The notes: a model not told the origin generated them from the letters alone. Positions 1 through 10,819 are shown, counted from the stretch's first letter. The stretch: DNA of 64,000 nt from Verrucomicrobiaceae bacterium (GCA_027483175.1 JAIXVE010000042.1:29-64028), one strand, 5' to 3'. Numbers and translations are program-made.

Positions 1-1
1 G

Positions 2-229
2 ACGACGCCTGCGGTGACGTGGAGCATGTTCTGCGAGGCGGACGAGCAGACGGTGGTGTTTGGAGGGGTGGAGAGCGGGGGGACGGGAGGCGAGTGGGTG
101 GCACCGGCGACGGATTGGTGTTATCAGACGCATTATGTGCCTGAGCCTGCGGGGACGGTGGCATTGATGCTGCCGGCGCTGTTCGGGGTTGGCGTGACGC
201 GGCGGCGGCGTGCGGGGAGGGTGGGCTGA
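2..229 (+). CDS. 3' fragment of a PEP-CTERM-sorted secreted protein (5' end outside window)
   Basis: Frame is open from the window edge; the track shows only the part after an internal Met (14..229). The C-terminus ...THYVPEPAGTVALMLPALFGVGVTRRRRAGRVG has a VPEP motif, a hydrophobic helix and an Arg cluster, which is the PEP-CTERM/exosortase sorting signal. Confidence 0.75.
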   Translation, partial: TTPAVTWSMFCEADEQTVVFGGVESGGTGGEWVAPATDWCYQTHYVPEPAGTVALMLPALFGVGVTRRRRAGRVG

Positions 230-249
230 AAAACTTCAAAAACACACAC

Positions 250-3200
250 ATGGAATTCAGCAATACAGGTACAGGGCGGATGATCAGGTCGGGTGGCGGG
301 TTTCGCCGGTTGTGCATGGCGATGGTGGCGCTTGCTGGCGTTGGGATGGTGGGGGCGCAGACGGCATCGAGCGGGCCGCTGAAGGTGGAGGTGGTGACGG
401 CGTACAATTTTGTGGTGGATTCGAACGTGGAGAGTCCGTCGACGAATGGGCCATCTGCGGCGCATCTTGCGGTGAAGGTCACGAATACGGGAGCTGTGCC
501 GATGACAAACGTGGTGGTGAACATGGGGGATCTGCTGGACACGGGAACGTGGACGGGGACGCCGGGGGTGTTTCCATCGCGGACTGTGAGCGTGAGTGGT
601 TCGGGGGCTTATTCCGGGACCTTTGCGCTGGTGATGCCGGGTGGGGCGGTGGATGCGGCGCGGACGATTGCGACGATTGCGCCGGGGAAGTCGGTGCTGC
701 AGTATTTCTTTGTGACGTATCCGCTGAAGGATTCGCTAGGGCGAGCGGTGACGGGGCAGGCTCCGGTGGTGACGGATGATTTGTGGTTGAACTATGACGC
801 GTGGGCGTCCGGGGTGTCGGGTGGGACGACCTATCGAACGAATGTGACGGCGAAGGTGACGATGCGGAATGAGATTTCGGCGATGGCGAACAAAGTGTAT
901 CCGAACACGACGGCGAAGGTGCCGAACGAGTATCTGGATGCGATTGAGGCGGCGTTGGGTTGGCGTCCGAGCAGTGAATCGCCGCGGATTCCTGGGGCGA
1001 TGGTAACGGAGGGGATCTGGTATGATTTCGGGAATATTGGTGCGGGGTTTGACAACAACGGGGACCTCATTCCGGACCGGAATGCGTGGATGCAGCCGGT
1101 GGGAGATCCTGCGCAGTTCAATCCGCTGAGTTTCCGGATGGTGAAGTGCTATGGGTTGGTGGTGGTGAAGCTGAATGATGGGACGGAGCGACTGTATCCG
1201 TTCGAGGACCAGTTGTATTTCGAGAACATGCCTGGGAACAACACCGGGGCGGTGGGGATCGTTTACTATGAGTTCATGCCGCTGGTGACGGGGGCGACGT
1301 CGAGTACGTCGCCGTATCAGGAAGTGGCGTCGGGGTATGACAATGAGAAGTTCAACGGGGACTATGGATCGGGTGGATCGTATCTGACGGCGCCTGCGCC
1401 ATCGCTGACGCTGGACAAGACTGGGCCGAGCACGGTGGCGGTCGGGGACACGGTGACGTATGGCATTACAGCGACGAACACTGGGTTGACGACGATTGGC
1501 GATCCGAATCTGGGGATACCGTTTGTGATAGAGGACAGTGTTCCTGCCGGGGTGAATTACCGGTTGGGATCGGCTGTGGACCGGACTGGGTTGCCGGCGC
1601 TGCCGGCTGGGTATACGTTGTCGGTGTCGTACTATGTTGGGACGAGTTGGACGACGACGGAGCCTGCGCTGGGTTCGCAGGTGACGAGGGTGCGGTGGAC
1701 GCTGGAGAACATAGGATTTGAGGCAGCGAAGAGCATTGCGGTGCAGTTCAGGGTGGGAGTGCCTGCGGGGTACACGTCGCGGACCTTGTCCAACACGGCG
1801 GTGGCGCGGTTGAACGGGACGGGATCACTGGCGACGGACACGACGGTGGCGACATTGACGGGGCCGAACCTGATTGGGGATTATGTGTGGTATGATGCGA
1901 ATCGTGATGGATTGCAGACTGGGGAGACGGGGATTCCGAACATTGATGTGAGTCTGTATTTTGACGCGAACGGGAGCGGGACGATTGATTCCGGGGAGAG
2001 TGTGTTTGCGACGACGACGACGAATGGGTCGGGGGCGTATACATTTCCGAATCTACCGGATGGGAATTACATTGTGGTGGTGAATTCAGCGGATGCGCAA
2101 CTGCCGGTTGGTTATGTGCTGCCGCTCAGTGCGTCGGCGACGAGGGTGGTGGCGCTGGATCCGCTGAATGCGAGTGGCAACACGGCGGTGGAGGTGAGGA
2201 CGGCGGACTGGCCGTTCATTGAGGCATTGGTGCTGAACAAGCGGACGGATCCTGTGACCTATGAGGAAGGGGATCTGGTGACGTATTACATTGATGTGGA
2301 GAACTGGTCATCGCCGGTGCCGACGTTTCAGCCGACGGTGCAGTCGTCGTATGCGGCGACGGTGACGGATGTGCGTGCGGGGCAGTTGGGGACGAATGCG
2401 CAGGGGACGAATGATGCGAACTTTGCGCGGCTGGATTATGAGGCGGCGGCGGACCGACTGACGGCGAATCAGGCGCAGACGGCGAATGCGTGGACGTTCA
2501 CGGATCCGACGGGGACGATTACTGGTGTGGAGCTGGTGGTGCGCGGGTACATGCAGTCGCGGGCTGGTGCGCCGCTGACGACGGCGACCTTCAATGACAC
2601 GATGGAGGTGCACCTCGACAATGCGGACAGTGGTGGTGCGACGCCGGATGTGACGATCACCGCGGCGCAATTGATTGCGATGCAGGGGCCGGCGAAGGAC
2701 TTGGTGATACCGATCACGAATCTGAACAACGGAGGAGTGTTTGCGACGTGGGCTGATCTGCGGGATACGAAGGTGCAGCTGCGGGCGGCGAAGGTGTCAG
2801 CGGGGGATCGGGCGACCTTCTGGATTGATTCGATTGCGTTGCGGGTGACGCGGACGCTGCCAGCGCCTGCGGGCGGGATTTTCGGTCCGAACTCGTTTGA
2901 TCCGGTGCCATTGGAGGACACCTTTGATCCGACGAAGCTGCAGTATGTGACTGCGGTGCCGCTGCCGTCGAGTGTGACGTCCGGGCGATTGATCTGGAAT
3001 GATGTGGGGCCGGTGAATCCGGGGACGCGGCAGACGGTTTCGGTGACGTTCCGGACGTTGGCTCCGACGGGTGCTTCCGAGGTCTTTGTGAACAGCGTGA
3101 CGACGGACGGACCGAATACGGCGGGGGCCTTTTACCCGAACGGACGGCCGACGAATGTGGGGTCGGACACGCAGAATATCACGGTGCTGCAGCGGGCGCG

Positions 3201-6200
3201 GATTGGGGATTTTGTATACTGGGATAGGAATTCGAACGGGGTATTTGACGGGACGGACACACCGATTCGGGATGCACTGGTGTATCTCGACAACGGGGCG
3301 CAGGCCTACACTGATGTGAATGGGTATTACCTGTTCACGGGGCTAGGAGCGGGGGCTTACGTGGTGACGGTGGATCCGGCGACCCTGCCGTTCACGACGT
3401 ATGTGAATACGGACGATCCTTCGACGCCGGGGACGGGACCTGACACGGGTGACCTGACGAATACGGTGACGGTGACGACGGTGTCCGGGGTGCTGACGAG
3501 CTTTTTGAATCAGGATTTCGGGTTCAGTTCGAGCCAGAATGCGGTATCGGGGACGATTTACATGGACCGGGATGGGGACGGCACGAGGGATGCGGGTGAG
3601 GAAGCGATCAGCGGGCAGACGGTGGAATTGTACAATGTGACGAGCGGGGCGCTGATCACGACGACGACGACGGATGCGAATGGGTTCTATCAGTTTCCAG
3701 GGCTAGGGAGCACGTTCAATTATTCGGTGCGAACGACGGCTCCGTCGGGGACGGTGCAGACCTTCGAGCAGGATGGGACGTTGAACGGGAACACTACGGT
3801 GGCGACGACCGGGGTGACGGGAACGATGTTCGCGAACCGGGATTTTGCGTATCGGCCTTCGGGATTGCTGGCGATCGGGGACACGGTGTATCAGGATGTG
3901 GATGCGGACGGGATTCAGGATGGCGGGGAGCCGGGGATGAGCGGGATCACGGTGAGGCTTTATGAGGATGCGAATGGTGATGGCTTTGTTGATGTTTCGA
4001 CGGACGCGCTGATTGCGACGCAGGATACGAATTCGGTCGGGTTCTATCAGTTTACTGGATTGGTGGCTGGGAATTACACGGTGGTGGTGGACACGGCGGA
4101 TCTTCCTGCGGGAGCGGTGCAGACGCAGGATTACGATGGGAGTCTTGACCACATTGGAGTGGTGACGAATCTGACGGCTTCGCTGGCGACGGTTGATTTC
4201 GGGTATGTGACGCGCGGGACTGGGAGCATTGGGGACAAAGTGTTTGTGGATACGGATTCCGACGGGGTGCATGATGCGAGTGAGGCGGGGATTCCGAACA
4301 TTACGGTGGTTCTTTATTATGATGCGGACGGGGACATGGTCCTTGATCCGACGGACATCCTGGTGGCAACGACGTCGAGTGATGCGAGCGGCAACTATCT
4401 GTTTACGGGGCTGCCGCCGGCGCGGTATCTGGTGGATGTGACGCAGACGGATCCGGATCTTCCGGCGGGATATCTGAGTACGGAGGCGGAGCCGCTGGCG
4501 GTGAATCTGGCGACTGGTCAGGCGTATGTGCTGGCGGACTTCGGGTTTGCGCCTGCGGGAGCGATCGGGGACACGGTGTTTTATGATCTGAATGCGAACG
4601 GGACGCAGGACTGGAATGAGGGTGGGATTGGCGGGGTGACGGTGAGGCTGTATTTTGATGCCAATGGGAACGGGTTGGTGGATGGTGGTGATTCGCTGAG
4701 CGGGACGGCGACGACGAACACGAGTGATGTGACGAAGCCGGTTGGGTTCTACAATTTCACGGGGCTGCCGGAGGGTGAGTACATTGTGGTGGTGGACAGC
4801 GCGAGTGTGCCGCTGACTGGGTTGGTGCAGACGGCGGATCCTGACCGTGACGGGGTGCCGGTGGGGGACAACAGTTATCCGTTGCTTCCGGCGGCGGATC
4901 ATACGGATTCGAACATTGTGCTGACGCCTGGGCTTTCGTACACCGGGGCTGACTTTGGATACAAGCCGGCGGTAGTGATTGGGGACACGGTGTGGTTTGA
5001 TTTTGACCGCGATGGGATTCAGGACGCGGGAGAGGCTGGGATTCCCGGGGTGACGCTGACGATCAGCGGCAGTTCGACTTACAATGTGACGACGGACCCT
5101 GAAGGGTTGTGGAACATCGGGGGGATTGCGGACGGGGCGTGGACGGTGACGGTGGATGCGAGCAACTTCAGTCCTGGTGGAGCGCTAGCGGGCCGGGTGG
5201 TTAGTTTTGATCCGAATGGCGGGACGGCGTCGCCTGCGAACAGTGCGGCGTTCACGATCACGGGAGGTGCGGTGGTGTCGCTGAGCGGGAATGCGGATGC
5301 GGATGCGGACGGGTGGAATGACGAGATTGACTTCGGGTACACGCTGAGCGGGACGTCCTATTCGCTGAGCGGGACGGTGGTGACGAATGATGGCGGGGTG
5401 AGTGGTACGGCGGATGTGCCGGCGACGGAGATTGAGATTGCCGGGGTGACAGTGTATCTTTACAGCGCGACGGGAACGCTGCTGGCGACGGCGGAGACCG
5501 ATGCGGCGGGGAATTATTCGTTCAGCGGACTGATTACGGGGACCTATGATGTGGTGATAGGGAAGTCGGTGCCGGCCTTGTCCGGGGCGACCCTGACGAC
5601 GACGGTGGCGAACAATGCGGCGGTGTCGGCGGTGGTGAACACGGCGTTCACGGTGAAGCAGACGGTGGCGGTGGCGAGTGCGAGTGTCTCGGATGTTGAC
5701 TTTGCGTTCGCGGCGCAGCCTTATGATTACGGGGATCTTCCGGCGGTGTACGGGATGACTGGTTTGGTGGAGGACGGGGCGCGTCACCTTGCACCGTCGG
5801 GTGGGTTCACTGCGTATCTCGGGAGCGTGCCGGATGTGGAGACGGATGGTGCGGCGAGTGTCTATGCGGTTGGCGACGGTGCGGACGAGGACGGGGTGAC
5901 ATTCAATGCGAATGGCTGGAGTGATGGTGCGGACGGGTTGACGAACGTGCTGCCGGGTTCGGGTTCATTGAGTGTGAATGTGGCGGGTGGTGGCTGGCTG
6001 GTGGTTTGGGTGGACTGGAACAATGATGGGGATTTCCTTGATAGTGGGGATGCGGTGATCAGCCGGGCGGTGTCGGCGGGGTCCGGGCAGAGCATCAGCT
6101 TTGCGATTCCGGCGAATGCGATCACTGGTGGGGCACAGTCGTGGTACACGCGGGTGCGGTTGTTTGCATCGGAGCCAGCGTTTGCGACGGCGGCGTATGG

Positions 6201-9200
6201 TGGCGAAGCGGTGAACGGGGAAGTGGAGGATTACTATATCTCCCGCGGGACGGGAACGATCAGCGGTCGGGTGCTGGCGGATCTGGACAACAATGGTTCT
6301 GGGGACATTGGGATTGCCGGGGTGCAAGTGGCGCTTTGGAGTGATCCGAATGGTGATGGCAATCCGGCGGATGGTGCGGTGGTGGGGGTGCCGCCGACGA
6401 CGATCGTTGATGGGAGCTATGTGTTCGAGTATGTGCCGGCGGGGAACTATGTGGTGGTGGAGACCCAGCCAGCGGGGTATCTGACGGTGACGGATGTGGA
6501 TTCGACGCCTGACAGCGATACGGCTCCGAACAGCAGCGGCACGGACAACCGGATACCGGTGACGGTGGCGTCCGGGGAGACGGACAACGGCAATGACTTC
6601 ATCGAGATGGAAGCGGCGACGGTGGGTGACTATGTGTGGTTTGACCTGAATGGTAACGGCGCGCAGGATTCGGGTGAGCTGCCGATTGCCGGGGTGGTGG
6701 TGTTTATTGACAGCAACACGAGTGGCAGCCGGGATCCGGGCGAGCCGTTTGCGACGACGGATGGGGCGGGTGCTTATCTGATCACGGGGCTGGCTCCGGG
6801 CAGTTACACGGTGGCGGTGCAGGTTTCGACGCTGCCGTATGGTGCGCTGACGGTGCAGAGCGGTGATCCGGACGGAGTGCTTAACAACAAGACGACGGTG
6901 GTGCTTGGGGTTGGTCAGGACGTGACGACGGCGGATTTCGGGTACCGTGGGAATGGCAGCATCGGGGACTATGTCTGGAATGACGCGGATGGGGACGGGA
7001 ACCAGGATTCGGCGGAGCTGCCGATGAGCGGGGTGCGGGTGTATCTGGACTTGGACAATGACAATGTGAGGGATGCGTCGGAGCCGAATGCGACGACGAA
7101 CAGCAGCGGGCTTTACACGATCGGTGGTTTGCCTGCGGGGACGTATACGGTGCGGGTGGATACGACGACGCTTCCGGCGGGGGCGACGCAGACGGGGGAT
7201 CCGGATGCGGCGATTGATCATGAGACGGTGGTGGTGCTGGCGTCGGGTGACAACCATGTGACGGCTGATTTTGGGTACCAGGGGACCCTGAGCATTGGTG
7301 ACTTTGTGTGGAACGACCGGGATGGTGACGGTGTGCAGGATGGCGGGGCCGAGCTGGGGATCAGCAGTCTGAATGTCTTCATCGACACTGACAATAACGG
7401 TGTCCGTGATCCTGAGGATCCTTATGCCGAGACGAACGCGTCGGGTGCCTATCTGATCAGCGGGTTGTTCCCGGGGACGTACAAGGTGATGCTGGATCCG
7501 CTGACGGTTCCTGCGGGGACGATGGTGACGGGCGATCCGGATGCAGTGATGGATGGCGTCACGGTGGTGGTGCTGACGACGAGCACGGCGGCGGTGGATT
7601 TCGGGCTGAAGGGGAATGGAGTGATTGGCGGTCACCTGTGGGGTGACCGGGATGCGGACGGCATTACGGATGGGGATGAATTGTTTTTTGCCGGGGTGAA
7701 GGTGTTCATCGATGTGGATGGTGACGGCGTGTACGAGCCGGGGATGGGGGATCAGGAGACGACGACGAATGCGGAGGGTGAGTATTCGTTCTCCGGGCTT
7801 CCGGCGGGGACTTATACGGTGTCGGTGAACACGGCGACGCTGCCGGCGGGATTGAGCCAGACGTATGACAAGGATCTGGTGCTGAACCACCGGACGACGG
7901 TGACGATAGCGGCTGGCGACATTGTGACGGATCTGGATTTTGGTTATCGCGGGAGTGCGCAGATTGGCGACACGGTGTGGAACGACCGGAATGGGGATGG
8001 GGTGCAGGATGCGGGCGAGCCTCCGATCGCTGGTGTGAGGGTGTATATTGATGTGGATGGTGACCAGATGTGGGATGTGGGTGAGCCGAGTGAGATCACG
8101 AATGCAGCGGGGCAGTACCTGTTCGCGAATCTGGTGTATGGGACGTACACGGTGGCGGTTGATCCGTCGGACTATCCTGAGGGGGCGACGGTGACAGGTG
8201 ATCCTGATGCGACGAAGGATGCGCGGACGGTGGTGACGGTGACGGCGCTGGCTCCGACGGTGCTGACGGCGGATTTTGGGTTCCAGGGGACGAGCAGTCT
8301 GGGGGATTATGTGTGGTATGATGTGAATGGGGACGGCGTGCAGGATGCAGGCGAGCCGGCGTTGAGCGGGGTGACGGTGTATCTGGATCTGGATAACAAT
8401 GGCAGTGCCGGGGCGGGTGAGCCGACGGCGGTGACGAGCGGGGCCGGGGCGTACAGCTTCACGGGGCTGATTCCGCTGACCTATCAAGTGCGGACGGTGG
8501 CTCCGAGCGGAATGACGCCGACGTATGATCTGGACGGGACAGGGACGGCCAACCTAGCGAGTGTGGTGCTGGCGGAGGCGAGCAACCGGACGGATGTTGA
8601 TTTCGGGTATCGTGGTACGGCGACGATCACAGGTCATCTGTACTATGACACGAACGACAGTGCTGACCAGGAGATCGGGGAGCCGGATCTGGCGAATGTG
8701 GATGTGATCATCACGGATGCGTCCGGGGTGGTGTTCCGGGTGACGTCTGGGTCGAATGGTGACTGGACGGCGGTGGTGACACCGGGGTCGGTGACGGCGG
8801 ATGTGGATGAAGCGGATCCGCAGTATCCGACGGGGTACACGCAGACTGAGGGGGATGATCCGACGACGGTGACGGCGATTGCGTTGCAGACGGTGAGTGC
8901 GGGGAATGATGGGTATTACAGTCCGGGGACGATTTCGGGTCGGGTGATGATTGACCGTGACAACAACGGGACGGGGGATGAGGGACTGGGTGGAGTGACG
9001 ATCAAGCTGTATGCGGATGCTGATGCGGACGGGGTGCCGGATGACATGTTCAGTCCGACGGCGGTGGCGACGACGGCGATTAGCGGATTGGTGGGGGGGT
9101 ACAGTTTCACGGATGTGGTGCCTGGAAACTATGTGGTGGTGGAGACCCAGCCGTCGGGATACCGGACGGTGACGGACGTGGATGCGTCCTCCGACACGGA

Positions 9201-10719
9201 TGCGGTGAGCAACGTGAGCACGGTGGACAACCTGATTCCGGTGACGATTGCGGCTGCGGAGACGGACGCGGATAACAATTTCATCGAGCAGACGAACTGC
9301 CCGACGACGTGGGCTGAGTGGCAGTCGCGCAATCCGCTGGGTGGCCAGAATGGGGCGACGGTGAATCCTGATGGGGACCGGTGGAGCAACGTGCAGGAGT
9401 TTGTGTACTGCTTCAATCCGTCGAGTGGGGTGTATGAGTGTCCGCTGGCGCTGGTGTTCAACGGGAACGGGACGATTGATGCGACGGTGCGTCAGGTGCC
9501 GGGGGTTCAGGGAGTGACGTACCGGTTGGAGTACATTGCGGATCTGAACAACAGTGGGGTGGAAGGCGCAGGCTGGACGGATTCCGGGCTGACGCCGGTG
9601 CTGACGACGAATCCTGATGGGTCGGTGAAGGCGACGTATGTGAATCTGGAGACGATTCCGGCGCTGGCTGGCGGGACTGGGTTTGTGCGGTCGGTGGTGG
9701 CGTTGGATCTGAATGGGGATCTGGACACGAACGATGCGGGCGAGACGGTGAGGAGTTATGTGGAAGGGTGGATGGATCAGACGTTCCAGGTGAACTGCGA
9801 GAGCTGCAGTTTGCCATTTGAGAGTTGCCCGGTGCTGGTGGGCAGGATTGGGACGGTTGCGGGGAACGGGTTTGATGCGACGGCCGGGCTGGGCGGGGTG
9901 CAGTTGTCGACCCTGCTGGATCTGAACAAGTGTTATTATGTGGATGTGCTGAGTGGGAGTTATGAAGGGCACCGGTTTGAGATCGACACGGCGAGCAGCC
10001 GCGGGACGAGCGTGACGATTGTGCCGGGGAGCTGGCGGAATACGATGGCGTTGCTGCCTGGGCTGGCGGGATTGCAGTATGCGATTCGAGAGTACAAGAC
10101 GATCGGGAGCCAGTTCCCGGTGGCGAGTTACGGGAAGGGGAGCAGCCTTGCGACGGCGGATTACATCCTGACGTATCAGGACGGCCAGTGGAAGACGTAC
10201 TATGTGCTGGATGTGAATGGGACGGGCCGCTGGGTTGAGGCTGGCAGCACGGATGACCGGAGCGGGGTTTGTCTGGATCCGTCGGCGCCGTTGTTTGTGC
10301 ACCGGAAGGTGACGACGCTGGCGCAGACGCAGGCGGGGACGGTGAGGCAGACGAAGTTTGCGCTGCCATTGCCGGCGGGTTGCCGGATGGCACCGAATCC
10401 ATGGCCGGTGGCGGCGAGTGTTGTGGACCGCGGGTTGGTGAATCCATCGAATGCGGCGTCGGATCCGTTTGTGGGGGCGACGAGTTCGGGGGCGGCGGAT
10501 CAGGTGATGTTCTGGGGTGGCGACACGACGCTGGGGTCGCTGACGCAGGAAGTGCATTACTACCTGAAGACGACGACGCGGAATCACTACACGCGTGCGG
10601 GGAACAGCAGCCTTCCGAACACGGGGATCGAATTGCTGTTCAAGCCGCTGCGGAGCCAGTACTACTGTCCGAAGACGGCGCACGTGGACTATGTGATGCC
10701 GCTGCCGTGGGTGCCGTGA
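250..10719 (+). CDS. Giant (3489 aa) secreted repeat adhesin-like protein: DUF11-like repeats, about 17 SdrD-B/Cna-B-type units, GEVED-type module, unique C-terminal module
   Basis: Uninterrupted 10.5-kb ORF with a signal-like N-terminus (RRLCMAMVALAGVGMVGAQT). DUF11-like segments include LTLDKTGPSTVAVGDTVTYGITATNTG and NKRTDPVTYEEGDLVTYYIDVEN. Repeats open with GD(Y/F/T)VW.D.N.DG.QD.GE and close with DFG(Y/F). A GEVED-type block runs DYGDLP...GEAVNGEVEDYYI. Antisense ORFs across it are Arg/Pro/His-rich junk. The start could be Met11 (nt 280). Confidence 0.9.
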   Translation: MEFSNTGTGRMIRSGGGFRRLCMAMVALAGVGMVGAQTASSGPLKVEVVTAYNFVVDSNVESPSTNGPSAAHLAVKVTNTGAVPMTNVVVNMGDLLDTGTWTGTPGVFPSRTVSVSGSGAYSGTFALVMPGGAVDAARTIATIAPGKSVLQYFFVTYPLKDSLGRAVTGQAPVVTDDLWLNYDAWASGVSGGTTYRTNVTAKVTMRNEISAMANKVYPNTTAKVPNEYLDAIEAALGWRPSSESPRIPGAMVTEGIWYDFGNIGAGFDNNGDLIPDRNAWMQPVGDPAQFNPLSFRMVKCYGLVVVKLNDGTERLYPFEDQLYFENMPGNNTGAVGIVYYEFMPLVTGATSSTSPYQEVASGYDNEKFNGDYGSGGSYLTAPAPSLTLDKTGPSTVAVGDTVTYGITATNTGLTTIGDPNLGIPFVIEDSVPAGVNYRLGSAVDRTGLPALPAGYTLSVSYYVGTSWTTTEPALGSQVTRVRWTLENIGFEAAKSIAVQFRVGVPAGYTSRTLSNTAVARLNGTGSLATDTTVATLTGPNLIGDYVWYDANRDGLQTGETGIPNIDVSLYFDANGSGTIDSGESVFATTTTNGSGAYTFPNLPDGNYIVVVNSADAQLPVGYVLPLSASATRVVALDPLNASGNTAVEVRTADWPFIEALVLNKRTDPVTYEEGDLVTYYIDVENWSSPVPTFQPTVQSSYAATVTDVRAGQLGTNAQGTNDANFARLDYEAAADRLTANQAQTANAWTFTDPTGTITGVELVVRGYMQSRAGAPLTTATFNDTMEVHLDNADSGGATPDVTITAAQLIAMQGPAKDLVIPITNLNNGGVFATWADLRDTKVQLRAAKVSAGDRATFWIDSIALRVTRTLPAPAGGIFGPNSFDPVPLEDTFDPTKLQYVTAVPLPSSVTSGRLIWNDVGPVNPGTRQTVSVTFRTLAPTGASEVFVNSVTTDGPNTAGAFYPNGRPTNVGSDTQNITVLQRARIGDFVYWDRNSNGVFDGTDTPIRDALVYLDNGAQAYTDVNGYYLFTGLGAGAYVVTVDPATLPFTTYVNTDDPSTPGTGPDTGDLTNTVTVTTVSGVLTSFLNQDFGFSSSQNAVSGTIYMDRDGDGTRDAGEEAISGQTVELYNVTSGALITTTTTDANGFYQFPGLGSTFNYSVRTTAPSGTVQTFEQDGTLNGNTTVATTGVTGTMFANRDFAYRPSGLLAIGDTVYQDVDADGIQDGGEPGMSGITVRLYEDANGDGFVDVSTDALIATQDTNSVGFYQFTGLVAGNYTVVVDTADLPAGAVQTQDYDGSLDHIGVVTNLTASLATVDFGYVTRGTGSIGDKVFVDTDSDGVHDASEAGIPNITVVLYYDADGDMVLDPTDILVATTSSDASGNYLFTGLPPARYLVDVTQTDPDLPAGYLSTEAEPLAVNLATGQAYVLADFGFAPAGAIGDTVFYDLNANGTQDWNEGGIGGVTVRLYFDANGNGLVDGGDSLSGTATTNTSDVTKPVGFYNFTGLPEGEYIVVVDSASVPLTGLVQTADPDRDGVPVGDNSYPLLPAADHTDSNIVLTPGLSYTGADFGYKPAVVIGDTVWFDFDRDGIQDAGEAGIPGVTLTISGSSTYNVTTDPEGLWNIGGIADGAWTVTVDASNFSPGGALAGRVVSFDPNGGTASPANSAAFTITGGAVVSLSGNADADADGWNDEIDFGYTLSGTSYSLSGTVVTNDGGVSGTADVPATEIEIAGVTVYLYSATGTLLATAETDAAGNYSFSGLITGTYDVVIGKSVPALSGATLTTTVANNAAVSAVVNTAFTVKQTVAVASASVSDVDFAFAAQPYDYGDLPAVYGMTGLVEDGARHLAPSGGFTAYLGSVPDVETDGAASVYAVGDGADEDGVTFNANGWSDGADGLTNVLPGSGSLSVNVAGGGWLVVWVDWNNDGDFLDSGDAVISRAVSAGSGQSISFAIPANAITGGAQSWYTRVRLFASEPAFATAAYGGEAVNGEVEDYYISRGTGTISGRVLADLDNNGSGDIGIAGVQVALWSDPNGDGNPADGAVVGVPPTTIVDGSYVFEYVPAGNYVVVETQPAGYLTVTDVDSTPDSDTAPNSSGTDNRIPVTVASGETDNGNDFIEMEAATVGDYVWFDLNGNGAQDSGELPIAGVVVFIDSNTSGSRDPGEPFATTDGAGAYLITGLAPGSYTVAVQVSTLPYGALTVQSGDPDGVLNNKTTVVLGVGQDVTTADFGYRGNGSIGDYVWNDADGDGNQDSAELPMSGVRVYLDLDNDNVRDASEPNATTNSSGLYTIGGLPAGTYTVRVDTTTLPAGATQTGDPDAAIDHETVVVLASGDNHVTADFGYQGTLSIGDFVWNDRDGDGVQDGGAELGISSLNVFIDTDNNGVRDPEDPYAETNASGAYLISGLFPGTYKVMLDPLTVPAGTMVTGDPDAVMDGVTVVVLTTSTAAVDFGLKGNGVIGGHLWGDRDADGITDGDELFFAGVKVFIDVDGDGVYEPGMGDQETTTNAEGEYSFSGLPAGTYTVSVNTATLPAGLSQTYDKDLVLNHRTTVTIAAGDIVTDLDFGYRGSAQIGDTVWNDRNGDGVQDAGEPPIAGVRVYIDVDGDQMWDVGEPSEITNAAGQYLFANLVYGTYTVAVDPSDYPEGATVTGDPDATKDARTVVTVTALAPTVLTADFGFQGTSSLGDYVWYDVNGDGVQDAGEPALSGVTVYLDLDNNGSAGAGEPTAVTSGAGAYSFTGLIPLTYQVRTVAPSGMTPTYDLDGTGTANLASVVLAEASNRTDVDFGYRGTATITGHLYYDTNDSADQEIGEPDLANVDVIITDASGVVFRVTSGSNGDWTAVVTPGSVTADVDEADPQYPTGYTQTEGDDPTTVTAIALQTVSAGNDGYYSPGTISGRVMIDRDNNGTGDEGLGGVTIKLYADADADGVPDDMFSPTAVATTAISGLVGGYSFTDVVPGNYVVVETQPSGYRTVTDVDASSDTDAVSNVSTVDNLIPVTIAAAETDADNNFIEQTNCPTTWAEWQSRNPLGGQNGATVNPDGDRWSNVQEFVYCFNPSSGVYECPLALVFNGNGTIDATVRQVPGVQGVTYRLEYIADLNNSGVEGAGWTDSGLTPVLTTNPDGSVKATYVNLETIPALAGGTGFVRSVVALDLNGDLDTNDAGETVRSYVEGWMDQTFQVNCESCSLPFESCPVLVGRIGTVAGNGFDATAGLGGVQLSTLLDLNKCYYVDVLSGSYEGHRFEIDTASSRGTSVTIVPGSWRNTMALLPGLAGLQYAIREYKTIGSQFPVASYGKGSSLATADYILTYQDGQWKTYYVLDVNGTGRWVEAGSTDDRSGVCLDPSAPLFVHRKVTTLAQTQAGTVRQTKFALPLPAGCRMAPNPWPVAASVVDRGLVNPSNAASDPFVGATSSGAADQVMFWGGDTTLGSLTQEVHYYLKTTTRNHYTRAGNSSLPNTGIELLFKPLRSQYYCPKTAHVDYVMPLPWVP

Positions 10720-10785
10720 GTCGGAAGCTGGATTGGACAAATCCGTGAGTGCGGGGATAGTGGCGGCGAATTGAATTCCGGAGAA

Positions 10786-10819
10786 CACTGAGTGCCCCGA
10801 TGGAGCGGGGCACTCAGTG
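10786..10819 (+). other. Perfect 13-bp stem-loop between the adhesin gene and the next gene (terminator/attenuator-like, no U-tract)
   Basis: CACTGAGTGCCCC (10786..10798), loop GATGGAGC, GGGGCACTCAGTG (10807..10819). It is followed by GGGTTGCC rather than a T-run. Confidence 0.5.

Noticed and set aside
5965-8487. Long antisense ORFs opposite the adhesin gene (for example 5965..8487, 8554..11049, 3703..4902 on the minus strand)
   Set aside because: Their translations are dominated by Arg/Pro/His/Ile runs (RRHRHHRPRILRRIRI...) with no motifs. This is the typical mirror-frame artefact of a GC-rich gene, and the plus-strand frame has clear domain repeats.
10745-10758. 14-nt motif GTGAGTGCGGGGAT occurring just after the adhesin stop (10745..10758) and across the stop of the next gene (11830..11843)
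   Set aside because: A single 14-mer coincidence is expected by chance several times in a 64-kb GC-biased sequence. There is no supporting structure or third copy.
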